Origin: a virus
IMG/VR virus record: IMGVR_UViG_3300031857_000018
Location: 32,001 to 96,000 of that record
Length of the DNA: 64,000 bases
Direction: 5' to 3' (one strand)
Made by a program: the position numbers and the translations under genes. Shown here piece after piece: positions 49,960 through 58,701 of the stretch. Every line of letters begins with the position of its first letter. The stretch's first letter is position 1. A model generated the notes under the pieces. It saw only the letters and a list, made by a program, of their open reading frames with translations, was not told the origin of the DNA and ran no database searches.

Positions 49960-50667
49960 TCAAAAAGGCAGATTTACGAAGTTTGTTTGTTCATACTCTT
50001 TAAAGTTGTCTTCATAGATTTGTTTTAATACTTTAACCACTCTGGTAACTGCATTAGTTTGTGATGCATCTAGTCCCGTTCGTTCGCGTATTAAAATATA
50101 TAAACGTTTTTTATTGAAATCTTCAATGTGTTCTCGATTCTCAAAAATGTGAAGTATGGAGTCAGCGACATGTATATCAGTGGAATTTGAAAACAAATAA
50201 TTTATGTTGTTATAACAATATTCTACATATGCATCCATGAAATACTCTAATACTTCCCGCATTTCATCATTATGCATTTCAATGATAACATTGCGTTGTT
50301 CATCGATATTTAATTCCAATGCATCTGCTTTTCGTTTTTTATACGCTCTTTCATTTTCACCTATTAGGTAGTTATATGATGTTCTGGTATAATATGAATA
50401 TGCCTTTCCTGCATTTGGATTAAATTTGTTTAATCGTTCAGTTAAAAATGTAACTAGATCGGTTTGCAAATCAACAAATGTGGAATCAATATAAGTTGGC
50501 TTTACAGTGTTAATTAAATTTTCAGCCATTTTCATAAATGCCGGATAAATAAATCTTCTGTAAATCTTTTCTCGGAGAACAGGATTATCTGTTTTATTAT
50601 ATCCTAGTATTGCTAACTCAGTAATACGTGTAAAGTATACATTACTTTTCTTCTTGCGCTTCGCCAT
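49960..50667 (-). CDS. RNA polymerase sigma-like factor (gp55-like late sigma)
   Basis: KMAENLI, L.KFNP..GKAYSYYT region-2-like motif. Confidence 0.65.
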   Translation of the reverse strand: MAKRKKKSNVYFTRITELAILGYNKTDNPVLREKIYRRFIYPAFMKMAENLINTVKPTYIDSTFVDLQTDLVTFLTERLNKFNPNAGKAYSYYTRTSYNYLIGENERAYKKRKADALELNIDEQRNVIIEMHNDEMREVLEYFMDAYVEYCYNNINYLFSNSTDIHVADSILHIFENREHIEDFNKKRLYILIRERTGLDASQTNAVTRVVKVLKQIYEDNFKEYEQTNFVNLPF

Positions 50668-50938
50668 CGAATGTTTCTTTAAGTTCGGTAATTACTTCAG
50701 TTAATAGTTGAAATGTAGTTCCTGCTTCATCATCTTTTTCAAAAGCACCTAAACGATCTATGCGTTGCATCACATCATAAGCTTCTGTAATTTTGCTATA
50801 CATGTAACGATTTGTAACTTCTAAATCTTCAATATATTCCTGTGCATCGGCAGTTGTTCCTGCTAGATACCAAATACGGTATCCCGCATATCCTATAATA
50901 CCAAACAGTATTACAACTAATATTATCATCCAAATCAT
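50642..50938 (-). CDS. membrane-anchored hypothetical protein
   Basis: N-terminal TM helix; D..G.F..DDE.G. Confidence 0.65.
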   Translation of the reverse strand: MIWMIILVVILFGIIGYAGYRIWYLAGTTADAQEYIEDLEVTNRYMYSKITEAYDVMQRIDRLGAFEKDDEAGTTFQLLTEVITELKETFDGEAQEEK

Positions 50939-50940
50939 AA

Positions 50941-51717
50941 TTAATCCTGATTAAATGCACTAAAAATATCCGTTAATGTTTTTTCAACATCTGGGTTATT
51001 TTCTGCTAAGTTTTTAAGTCCGTTACTTTTTGTAATTTTGCTTTTTTCTGCTACCGGTGCTGGTGCTGTGGCTTTTGCATTTCTCCAACGCTCAAATTCA
51101 ATTGTCGACGCCATATGATCTGCATGATGCAAAATAATTGGTAGATTTGTTTTCAATTTAGCTTGAGGCGATCTTGCAACAAAGTATGGTTTATTTGCAT
51201 CATCATACATTCCATCATGAATTTTAATTGCTTGATATTCTGTCCAAGACAGTTTAACACCATATTCTTGCAACAACCAAATTGAAAGATCTGGTACCAT
51301 TGCAAACGGAATTGATGCATTTGTTTTGTAAAGTTTTCCTTGATTTTTACGATGCCAATCTGAAGTCTCAATTTGATATACTTCATTGCCTTCACCCGGG
51401 AAACCTGCTTTACCTAAATCATGATGCATTGCTGCGAATAGTAATTCTTCTTCGGTATAGCCTGACATATCAGCACCCATCACAGTCCAGGTATTATGCA
51501 AAGTTAATGCACAATCCATTACTCGGAGTACATGATCTACATAACCTCCAGCAAACGCATTATGAAAGTGTTCCATGGAAGATGCTGGCATAAACACCAT
51601 ACGATCTTCTAATTCATCATACATTTTATTTAATGCATCTTTACGGGTAGGAAATAAATCGTTGACCAAGCTACGATATCTTTCCCAATTATCTTTAATT
51701 TTTTCTGCTTCTAACAT
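50941..51717 (-). CDS. HD-domain phosphohydrolase
   Basis: PAS...H....GG..DH, HHDLGK, HDG, HHAD. Confidence 0.85.
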   Translation of the reverse strand: MLEAEKIKDNWERYRSLVNDLFPTRKDALNKMYDELEDRMVFMPASSMEHFHNAFAGGYVDHVLRVMDCALTLHNTWTVMGADMSGYTEEELLFAAMHHDLGKAGFPGEGNEVYQIETSDWHRKNQGKLYKTNASIPFAMVPDLSIWLLQEYGVKLSWTEYQAIKIHDGMYDDANKPYFVARSPQAKLKTNLPIILHHADHMASTIEFERWRNAKATAPAPVAEKSKITKSNGLKNLAENNPDVEKTLTDIFSAFNQD

Positions 51718-51738
51718 AGTTTATTAAATAATAGTATA

Positions 51739-51903
51739 TTACTTGCGTATTTCCAAGACTTGACCATTAACTAATTTCGATGTGCATTGCCAACATGTAA
51801 TTGAGGTTGCATTGTCATCTACTCGGTCTGATACATTATCGCAATATTTGCACTGTAATCGCTTGAAACCTTTTGGAGGTTTACTGTTTTTTGATTTTGC
51901 CAT
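51739..51903 (-). CDS. 54-aa zinc-ribbon protein (not in ORF track)
   Basis: MAKSKNSKPPKGFKRLQCKYC...TCWQCTSKLVNGQVLEIRK; two CxxC. Confidence 0.65.
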   Translation of the reverse strand: MAKSKNSKPPKGFKRLQCKYCDNVSDRVDDNATSITCWQCTSKLVNGQVLEIRK

Positions 51904-51915
51904 ATGTGGATTTGA

Positions 51916-52095
51916 TTAATCTCGTTCGATATAATAACGAGCAGATTCTAACTTCTTAAGAGCTGCTGCTAAATTTGTAAGAGCTGATGGTTTATCAGTT
52001 TTACCTTCATTTAACGCTTTACCAACCATTTGAATGATGTTGATTGCATCCTCGATGTCATCTGTAATTTTGTTTTTGAATTTGTAATTTGCCAT
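51916..52095 (-). CDS. 59-aa hypothetical protein (not in ORF track)
   Basis: MANYKFKNKITDDIEDAINII...ARYYIERD; late motif at 52131-52139. Confidence 0.65.
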   Translation of the reverse strand: MANYKFKNKITDDIEDAINIIQMVGKALNEGKTDKPSALTNLAAALKKLESARYYIERD

Positions 52096-52138
52096 AACTT
52101 TGTTAGTTTTATAAATTTATACTTATATAATATAAATA

Positions 52139-53167
52139 TCAATCTACCAAAAACAGCTCCGGAGTTTTACAGCATTCGACACCTACCCGGATAAGCGCTT
52201 GCTCTTTAGCCTTTGCCTCAACCACAATATCTAAATCTATAACATTGTAAGTGTTAGGAGTAGCAAGAATAAAGTCAGCGTGTGCCTGTTCTTTGATCTT
52301 GGTAAACTCTTTGTATTGCTTGTGGAAAGTAGGCCAATTGGGCAAGTCAGCCATGTCGATACCATGATGATCAAACATACGCTCAATAAGTACCTGTGCT
52401 TCGCGACGTCGCGATTCTGAGTAATGAGTGCATTGAGTAACACCATGAAGTTGCCAAGTTTCACGCGCCATAAAGAATGCTTCTTCTTCGGACAAGTCAC
52501 CAGTATTGAAAGTATGATGCCAATAGTCAAACGTGATAGGAATAGCAATAGCTTGATGAACCGTCTCATACAAATCACGAACTGAGTACATAGAAGCCTT
52601 GTCGTCATTTTCTACAACAAGACGAGACTTGCAAGAGTCAGACAAACGATCCCAATTCTGTAACCATCTAGCAATAGTAGTGGGCTTGTCGCCATATGTA
52701 GCACCAATATGAATATTGATCTTGTTTTCGAAACTCGGAGCAAAGCCCATAAGGTCAAACATTTCAGAATGTCGTTCTAAACCGATAATAGAATTTTCTA
52801 CAACCACTGGATCGGGACTACCTAAGATATGGAATGGACCAGGATGCGTAGTAACACGATGGCCGTGCGCTCGAGCATAATCACCTGCAGCACGTAAGTG
52901 CATTGCAATCTCATCGATGCCTGGCAAATCTTCTAAACGATAATGATTCCAACGAGGAAATAATTCTGAACCGATACGAAATAGTCGAATACCATTGGCC
53001 TCGTTCCATTGCAGAATCTTGAGAAGATCTTTTGCGTTAGCAAGAGAAATATCAGAAGCAAGTTGTAACCCGCCTAGTCGAAATTTTCTGTCAATCATTG
53101 TGCGACCGGTACGGATACCTTGCTCGCCTAAGTGCATATTATTACATGCATAACCGTGTCTAATCAT
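52139..53167 (-). CDS. uvsE: UV damage endonuclease
   Basis: GYAC, N...GIRLFRI.S, HP, H.G, ENDD, D.HH, H.SE, HAD, EAK.KE. Confidence 0.92.
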   Translation of the reverse strand: MIRHGYACNNMHLGEQGIRTGRTMIDRKFRLGGLQLASDISLANAKDLLKILQWNEANGIRLFRIGSELFPRWNHYRLEDLPGIDEIAMHLRAAGDYARAHGHRVTTHPGPFHILGSPDPVVVENSIIGLERHSEMFDLMGFAPSFENKINIHIGATYGDKPTTIARWLQNWDRLSDSCKSRLVVENDDKASMYSVRDLYETVHQAIAIPITFDYWHHTFNTGDLSEEEAFFMARETWQLHGVTQCTHYSESRRREAQVLIERMFDHHGIDMADLPNWPTFHKQYKEFTKIKEQAHADFILATPNTYNVIDLDIVVEAKAKEQALIRVGVECCKTPELFLVD

Positions 53168-53180
53168 AGCATTTTTTTAT

Positions 53181-53210
53181 AATATAAGAAAAATAATTCA
53201 AATAACCTAA
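53181..53210 (-). promoter_or_regulatory. class-2 promoter TTAGG-N17-CTTATATT upstream of uvsE
   Basis: Bipartite motif. Confidence 0.55.
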
Positions 53211-53234
53211 TATACCTGGTTTTTCAATGTATGT

Positions 53235-53273
53235 ATATTTATATTAAAGAAACCTAAAAGGAACATAATGAAA
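53235..53273 (+). repeat. direct repeat A copy 1 (late motif + RBS + start)
   Basis: 38/39 identical to 54998-55036. Confidence 0.9.
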
Positions 53274-54272
53274 AACACATTAGCAGAAAATCTGCTTCGA
53301 TTTGGGGCAAAAAACTTAGATCAAACAACTATTGATAAACTAGCTAGTTTGTCAGAACAAGCCAAATCGCCTAGTGGTACAGTAACTATTCCATATAAGC
53401 AAACTTATAATTTAGCAGCTGGTAAATTTGATGCATCTAGCTATATCAACGAAATGCTTAAAGGCATAATGGGTGCTATTAATTCTAACCCAGAAGCTAA
53501 AAAAATGTTGGATAATAAATCAATCAAATTGATACGTGCTAGTTTTCAAGGTGGTGCAAGTAATTCATGGGGTGGAAAAGCTACTGGGTTTGACTTCGAA
53601 TTAAATAATACAAAAGCAACGCCAACAGAAACTGTATTATATCAAAAAAATAAAGATCTAGCAGCTCAACGCGCTGAAGCATGTAAAACTGCATTGCTAC
53701 CATTATTAGAAAAATCCGGAATAAAATTAGGAGCATCTCTACCAAATAACACGGTTATTTCTAGCGCAGTGTATAACACCGGTGGTAAACTAGATTTAGC
53801 TGGGCAAGTTATAACGGTTAGATTAACTTTTAGTTATTTATCAGTGACTGATATAATCACAATAACTGATATTAAACCTACATTTATTGCCCATGGGTCA
53901 TACTATACAAAAGATGGGAAATCATCAACAGGTAGAATAATTGACCCGACAAGTTTAAAAACTAGTACTAGTGCATTACCACCACAGTTAAAAGCAATGC
54001 CAAATCGGTTAGCAGCATTTGAAGTAAAATGGAATCCTGGAGTTTTAAAGGATCCACTAAAAATTCCATGGTATCGTTGGTTATTTGTATATGACGAACA
54101 AGGAAAGATTAAACAAATTATAGGCAAAGTTTATGATACAACATTAAATGCAAATTTACGTAGTATATTTAAAGATAATGATAATATCCCAACAAATGAT
54201 CCAACTTTAAAATATATGATGGATTTGGTATCTGCAAATTATTATAATACATACTTCAAACCATTTGTTTAA
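53268..54272 (+). CDS. leader-tagged protein with OmpA-like domain
   Basis: N-terminal LAENLLRFGAKNL; GGAS...N..LA..RA....L pattern. Confidence 0.55.
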   Translation: MKNTLAENLLRFGAKNLDQTTIDKLASLSEQAKSPSGTVTIPYKQTYNLAAGKFDASSYINEMLKGIMGAINSNPEAKKMLDNKSIKLIRASFQGGASNSWGGKATGFDFELNNTKATPTETVLYQKNKDLAAQRAEACKTALLPLLEKSGIKLGASLPNNTVISSAVYNTGGKLDLAGQVITVRLTFSYLSVTDIITITDIKPTFIAHGSYYTKDGKSSTGRIIDPTSLKTSTSALPPQLKAMPNRLAAFEVKWNPGVLKDPLKIPWYRWLFVYDEQGKIKQIIGKVYDTTLNANLRSIFKDNDNIPTNDPTLKYMMDLVSANYYNTYFKPFV

Positions 54273-54290
54273 AAATAATAGTAACAAGTT

Positions 54291-54317
54291 AAAAGACCCC
54301 TTCCGGGGTCTTTTTTT
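54291..54317. terminator. bidirectional terminator
   Basis: AAAAGACCCC-TTCC-GGGGTCTTTTTTT between convergent genes. Confidence 0.9.
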
Positions 54318-54334
54318 ATGTTTATATTTTATGA

Positions 54335-54922
54335 TTAATTTGAGATATATTCTAATAATACAAACCCAACAGCAAAATAAAATATGTCAGAGGTTGATTT
54401 TTTTACGCAACAACTAATCTGACCCGGATGCCCTGAAGCATGCTCGAATTTTGTTTCTATTATTTTTTTATGGCCTGGGGAATCTAACCAAGCTTGTACT
54501 ATAGATGTTGCTAAATCTTCGTATGTCGTAGAATATTCAGACGAAGCTATAGCAATAATTTCACCGGATTGTTTTATAAAGAGATTGAATGGCATTTCAT
54601 TGCCACATTCTCCGTTAGTAGATTTGTATAATTCATTATATAATTTTTCTGTCACTATATTATCATAATGATTAAATGTGGTATGAAATGATTTATCTTG
54701 TTTAGCATTAATACTTGCTGTTACAGAAGAATACGAATCTTTCAAAACTTTAGATGTATACAACTCTTTTAAGCCAATAGTAACGCGATAGTCATTAATT
54801 TCATCAATGATCATACGCTCTAATAACGAGTAATTAAATTTTGAATAATCAATTGGTGTTTCAGCTTGGCTGAATGCGAAACTACTAACAGCAACACTAA
54901 ATACTAGGAATAACTTTTTCAT
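54335..54922 (-). CDS. secreted CAP (SCP) domain protein
   Basis: Signal peptide; INDYR...GL..L, GEII, W..SPGH...I. Confidence 0.8.
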   Translation of the reverse strand: MKKLFLVFSVAVSSFAFSQAETPIDYSKFNYSLLERMIIDEINDYRVTIGLKELYTSKVLKDSYSSVTASINAKQDKSFHTTFNHYDNIVTEKLYNELYKSTNGECGNEMPFNLFIKQSGEIIAIASSEYSTTYEDLATSIVQAWLDSPGHKKIIETKFEHASGHPGQISCCVKKSTSDIFYFAVGFVLLEYISN

Positions 54923-54957
54923 GGGGCTCTCTTTTATATTATAAATATAAGAAGAAA
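54894..54957 (-). repeat. direct repeat B copy 1 (promoter part, RBS and start of CAP gene)
   Basis: 62/64 identical to 57442-57505. Confidence 0.9.
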
Positions 54958-54997
54958 TATTCGGATATCCTAATTTCTTGATATTTTTTTCTGTATA

Positions 54998-55036
54998 ATA
55001 TTTATATTAAAGAAACCTAACAGGAACATAATGAAA
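54998..55036 (+). repeat. direct repeat A copy 2
   Basis: 38/39 identical to 53235-53273. Confidence 0.9.
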
Positions 55037-55339
55037 CATAGTTTACAAGAAAATATGCGTCGTTTTGGCACTAAAAATCTAAAAGAATCAGTCGATACTG
55101 CAGAATTAGATGCTAAATTAGAAGCAATTAATGATGATGATTTAGAAGGGTTTATCGAAGTAATGACTGCAATTGAAAATGCAGGTCCTATCGATGAATG
55201 GCTTAAAAAAGTTGCTAAAGCAATTCGTCGTAAATGGTACCGGATGACAAAACGATACAAATATAAATTGGATCAGCGTCGTTTATTAAATGCATCTCGT
55301 AGATTGTGGGATACAATGAAACATGATATAGGATTATAA
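55031..55339 (+). CDS. small leader-tagged protein
   Basis: N-terminal LQENMRRFGTKNLKE; acidic middle and basic C-terminus. Confidence 0.75.
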   Translation: MKHSLQENMRRFGTKNLKESVDTAELDAKLEAINDDDLEGFIEVMTAIENAGPIDEWLKKVAKAIRRKWYRMTKRYKYKLDQRRLLNASRRLWDTMKHDIGL

Positions 55340-55352
55340 ATTTAGGAAGATA

Positions 55353-56873
55353 ATGAAATTAGAAAAATTATTAGCAGAAAATATGCTTAGGTTTGGTGTT
55401 AAAAATTTAAATAATACCGATGTGCATCAAATCTTAACCATAATGGAACAAGCTGCAGCTGCAGGTACTGAAAGCTCCGCGGTTACATCGATGCCAGCAT
55501 ATAAACCAGTACTAGACTGGTGGAATAAAAAATCAAAAAATAATAGTTCAGCAAAAAAATATCTAGAATATTGGTCTGGCGGTGTTGCTAAAGAATCTAA
55601 AGGTATTAATGTTAATGCAACTAATACATTATTAAAACATTTACAAACTTTAAGTAAAAATAATGTTTATAACTTAGATCAAAATAAATTACAAGAGTTT
55701 ACCGACTATTTACAGACAAGTATTTCTGCTAATATTTATTTTGAACCTAGAAGTTTTGATCAGCGACCAGAAACTCGTGCTATACGCATATTAGCTATGT
55801 TAAAACCAGAATCAGATCCTACTAAAACATCATTAGCTACTAATGAAAAATCTGCTATTAGTGCATTCAATAAGGCAGATTTAAATAAAATTAAAGCATC
55901 TCTAGAGAAAACACAATTTGTTTATACTACAATTACCGAACAAGATAAAATTGCATTACTAAAATATTTTGAAGAAAAAGCTACACAAAAAGCCACAGTT
56001 CATAATAAAGCTAATGCTGATAACCCGTTAGGAAAATTAGTACAATGGAATATGGAAAAGGCTATTAAAGAAGCTTCAAGCATACGAATTGGACCTGGCA
56101 AAGGATCTATCGAACGAGAAGAAGCAGCCGATCCGACGCCACCAGAAATATATACATATACATTTTCATATCCAGATATAACCGCTACTAATCCTAAATT
56201 ACAAAATTTTTTCTTAGGAGATGATAATGTTGCAGTGTCTGCTGAGAATGAAACTGCATTTAAAGAAACATTAGAAACTTTACTAAATTCAATACCTGCA
56301 GATCAAAAAATAATTGAGGTATATATAAAAGCTGGATCGTCAACAAGTAAAGTTCCAACATCATATAAATCTGCTGGAAAATATACAACTGCTGCAAATG
56401 TAACATTAGTTGATGATCGCTTGACAGCAATACAAACATCTTTGTCAAACGTTGTTGATACAACAATACCAAAAGGAGAGTGGAAATTAATTGTCGACAC
56501 ACCAGAACGTAAACCGAATAACGGCCCTGAATGGACTGACGCTGATCGAGCTGCATATCCATTAGCTAAACGACGTAAAACACTAGAAAATGGAACTGCT
56601 AATCCACAATATGATCAAAAAATAGTTGATGCATATGAAGCAAAATATGGTAATTACAAAGGAAGTTACGGTCAAATATCTATTAAAACAACATCGACTA
56701 TAACTATACCAACTACTACCGCGCCGGCTATTAAAGTATCTGGAGAATGGTATGGATCTATATCATGGCCTTCCCCAGGAAGAGGTAATGGTAAACCAAA
56801 AACTATACCTGGAAAAAATAAAGGTGAAAAAACATGGACCGGTCAGGGAACGTTAGATTGTCCAATTTGGTAA
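55353..56873 (+). CDS. leader-tagged protein with divergent OmpA-like domain
   Basis: LAENMLRFGVKNL; FF..D, I.AGSS, N..L...R...I...L. Confidence 0.5.
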   Translation: MKLEKLLAENMLRFGVKNLNNTDVHQILTIMEQAAAAGTESSAVTSMPAYKPVLDWWNKKSKNNSSAKKYLEYWSGGVAKESKGINVNATNTLLKHLQTLSKNNVYNLDQNKLQEFTDYLQTSISANIYFEPRSFDQRPETRAIRILAMLKPESDPTKTSLATNEKSAISAFNKADLNKIKASLEKTQFVYTTITEQDKIALLKYFEEKATQKATVHNKANADNPLGKLVQWNMEKAIKEASSIRIGPGKGSIEREEAADPTPPEIYTYTFSYPDITATNPKLQNFFLGDDNVAVSAENETAFKETLETLLNSIPADQKIIEVYIKAGSSTSKVPTSYKSAGKYTTAANVTLVDDRLTAIQTSLSNVVDTTIPKGEWKLIVDTPERKPNNGPEWTDADRAAYPLAKRRKTLENGTANPQYDQKIVDAYEAKYGNYKGSYGQISIKTTSTITIPTTTAPAIKVSGEWYGSISWPSPGRGNGKPKTIPGKNKGEKTWTGQGTLDCPIW

Positions 56874-56890
56874 ATTTAATATATTAAAAT

Positions 56891-56917
56891 AAAAAGGGGC
56901 TCATAGCCCCTTTTTTT
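56891..56917. terminator. bidirectional terminator
   Basis: AAAAAGGGGCT-CAT-AGCCCCTTTTTTT. Confidence 0.9.
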
Positions 56918-56921
56918 ATGT

Positions 56922-57470
56922 TTAATTACAAACGGTTAAACATGCATATAAATATTCTGAATTATTATTTCTAGAAATAGAAACCGCAATCTTTGTAATA
57001 TCATTGCGAAGAAGAATATTATTATGTGGTTTACTATTTTTCCATAATTCAAATATTGACTGATCGTGTGGAATATTTTTTATAAAATTTGAATATAAAG
57101 ATGAATTAGTAGAACATTCTGCTATAACTTTTACAGAACGATTCATGAAAAATTCAATACGCTGTGTAATACCACTCATTCCTAGAGTTTCATTATAATG
57201 TGTTACTTCATTAATATTAGACATATAAACAGATTGATAATCCGCAGCGAGATATAAAGCAGAATCAAAAACTAGAGCTGATAGTCCGTTTTGAATTCGA
57301 TATTCATTTATTCTCGCAATAACGCTAGATTCATACGCCTTACAATCAAATATAGATGTAGATTTTGTTTTTGCATCTACATGTTGTTGATATGTAATTT
57401 GCGTAACATTATTTTGCGAAAATAATACATTAAATGTAAATACACTAAATACTAGGAATAACTTTTTCAT
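56922..57470 (-). CDS. secreted CAP (SCP) domain protein
   Basis: Signal peptide; INEYR..NGL..L..D..L..AA..QS.YM....H, AEC, WKNS.PH..ILL. Confidence 0.85.
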   Translation of the reverse strand: MKKLFLVFSVFTFNVLFSQNNVTQITYQQHVDAKTKSTSIFDCKAYESSVIARINEYRIQNGLSALVFDSALYLAADYQSVYMSNINEVTHYNETLGMSGITQRIEFFMNRSVKVIAECSTNSSLYSNFIKNIPHDQSIFELWKNSKPHNNILLRNDITKIAVSISRNNNSEYLYACLTVCN

Positions 57471-57505
57471 AAGGCTCTCTTTTATATTATAAATATAAGA
57501 AGAAA
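57442..57505 (-). repeat. direct repeat B copy 2
   Basis: 62/64 identical to 54894-54957. Confidence 0.9.
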
Positions 57506-57517
57506 ACTCCGTAAGTC

Positions 57518-58081
57518 CTAATCTTTTTTAACAAATCCGCTCAAAAAGTTTCTTTGTTTTTCAATGGCATTGTCTAACTCTGTGTTAGTATTTTTTCGTT
57601 TTCTTGTATTACTTGCACCATTTCCTGTAGAGCTAGGTGCAACATCATCTGGTTTGCTAGATCTTGTTTTTCTCGTTGATTTAGTTTTTCCACTATTCTC
57701 GGAAGCATCTCGTCGGCTGCTTTTATCACCATCTCCGCTTTTAGTTTCTGGCCTTGCGGGCTGTGTATAAACTCTTGTATACGTTGTTGGTATAATTCGT
57801 TTGATGCACTCGTCGTTTCCGATGGATCTAGTATCATCATAGAAGATGTATCCTGTGTTATACTGTGTCTTTTGCCCCTGAATCTGGATGCCACACGGGT
57901 ACTTAACTCCTGAAGCCGATTCCACAGTATACTGAATACCCCACGATGTTTGTTTTGTTTTTTTAACATAGCCATATTGTTTGTTTCCAAGCCATACAAA
58001 ATAAACAGCATCTCCTAGTTTAAATTGTGGCTTGTTGAATTTATTCTGAATTGCTTCAGAAACTTGTTGTTTTTTTGCCAT
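57518..58081 (-). CDS. hypothetical protein (SH3/KOW-like N-terminus, basic disordered tail)
   Basis: F..GD.V.....G....G.V pattern. Confidence 0.6.
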   Translation of the reverse strand: MAKKQQVSEAIQNKFNKPQFKLGDAVYFVWLGNKQYGYVKKTKQTSWGIQYTVESASGVKYPCGIQIQGQKTQYNTGYIFYDDTRSIGNDECIKRIIPTTYTRVYTQPARPETKSGDGDKSSRRDASENSGKTKSTRKTRSSKPDDVAPSSTGNGASNTRKRKNTNTELDNAIEKQRNFLSGFVKKD

Positions 58082-58087
58082 ACCGGA

Positions 58088-58531
58088 TTAATTAATACAT
58101 ATACCAGATACTTGGTTTATTATGCGATATACTCGAAGGTACCTAGTAACTTTGTCTTTACGGAACATTTTTTCGGTTTCTTTATCTCGCTGAAGAATAT
58201 ACCCCGATTCCATGAACTTTGAGGATACGAATCGAAGTGCCTTAAGACTATTAGATTCAATCATGATGTTTTCATCATCGATCATTACATCCACACGATC
58301 AACATCAGCACCAAATTCTTCGGTTTGTGGTAGGAACTGTTCTTGTTGCTGACTAACCAATGTTTCTTTAACGGCTTCGAAGAACTTGGATAAATCGATA
58401 GAAGCCGTTCCTTTTAAGTGTTCTGCTTCATATATATCAAACAAATACTGTAACTTTTCGGATTCTTTTAACGTTAAGAAATATTGCCATTCGGCGTAAT
58501 TTACTGCAATATATGAGAATATTGTTTTCAT
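58088..58531 (-). CDS. hypothetical protein
   Basis: 147-aa ORF in tight operon. Confidence 0.65.
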   Translation of the reverse strand: MKTIFSYIAVNYAEWQYFLTLKESEKLQYLFDIYEAEHLKGTASIDLSKFFEAVKETLVSQQQEQFLPQTEEFGADVDRVDVMIDDENIMIESNSLKALRFVSSKFMESGYILQRDKETEKMFRKDKVTRYLRVYRIINQVSGICIN

Positions 58532-58692
58532 GATTTTACCCTTTCAACATTAAACAATTCCGTAATTTGATGAGCCTGCAGATTTTTAAGTACTGCAATC
58601 ATCTTAATAGCCTCATCCAGAGAAGTAGCTGATACGTTACCAACTACTTCCCTTAAGGAATCTGCTTTATAAGAAAATTTATACTTATGCAT
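58528..58692 (-). CDS. 54-aa hypothetical protein (not in ORF track)
   Basis: MHKYKFSYKADSLREVVG...; ATGA overlap with the next gene; fills the gap. Confidence 0.6.
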   Translation of the reverse strand: MHKYKFSYKADSLREVVGNVSATSLDEAIKMIAVLKNLQAHQITELFNVERVKS

Positions 58693-58701
58693 CTTTGTTT
58701 A

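Noticed and set aside
54970-55260. Minus-strand 96-aa ORF inside the cassette
   Set aside because: It is antisense to the leader-tagged 55031..55339 gene, which has the promoter motif, RBS and family tag.
57574-58011. 145-aa alternate-frame ORF nested in 57518..58081
   Set aside because: No RBS or motif support, and the enclosing ORF fits operon spacing; an overprinted gene cannot be fully excluded.
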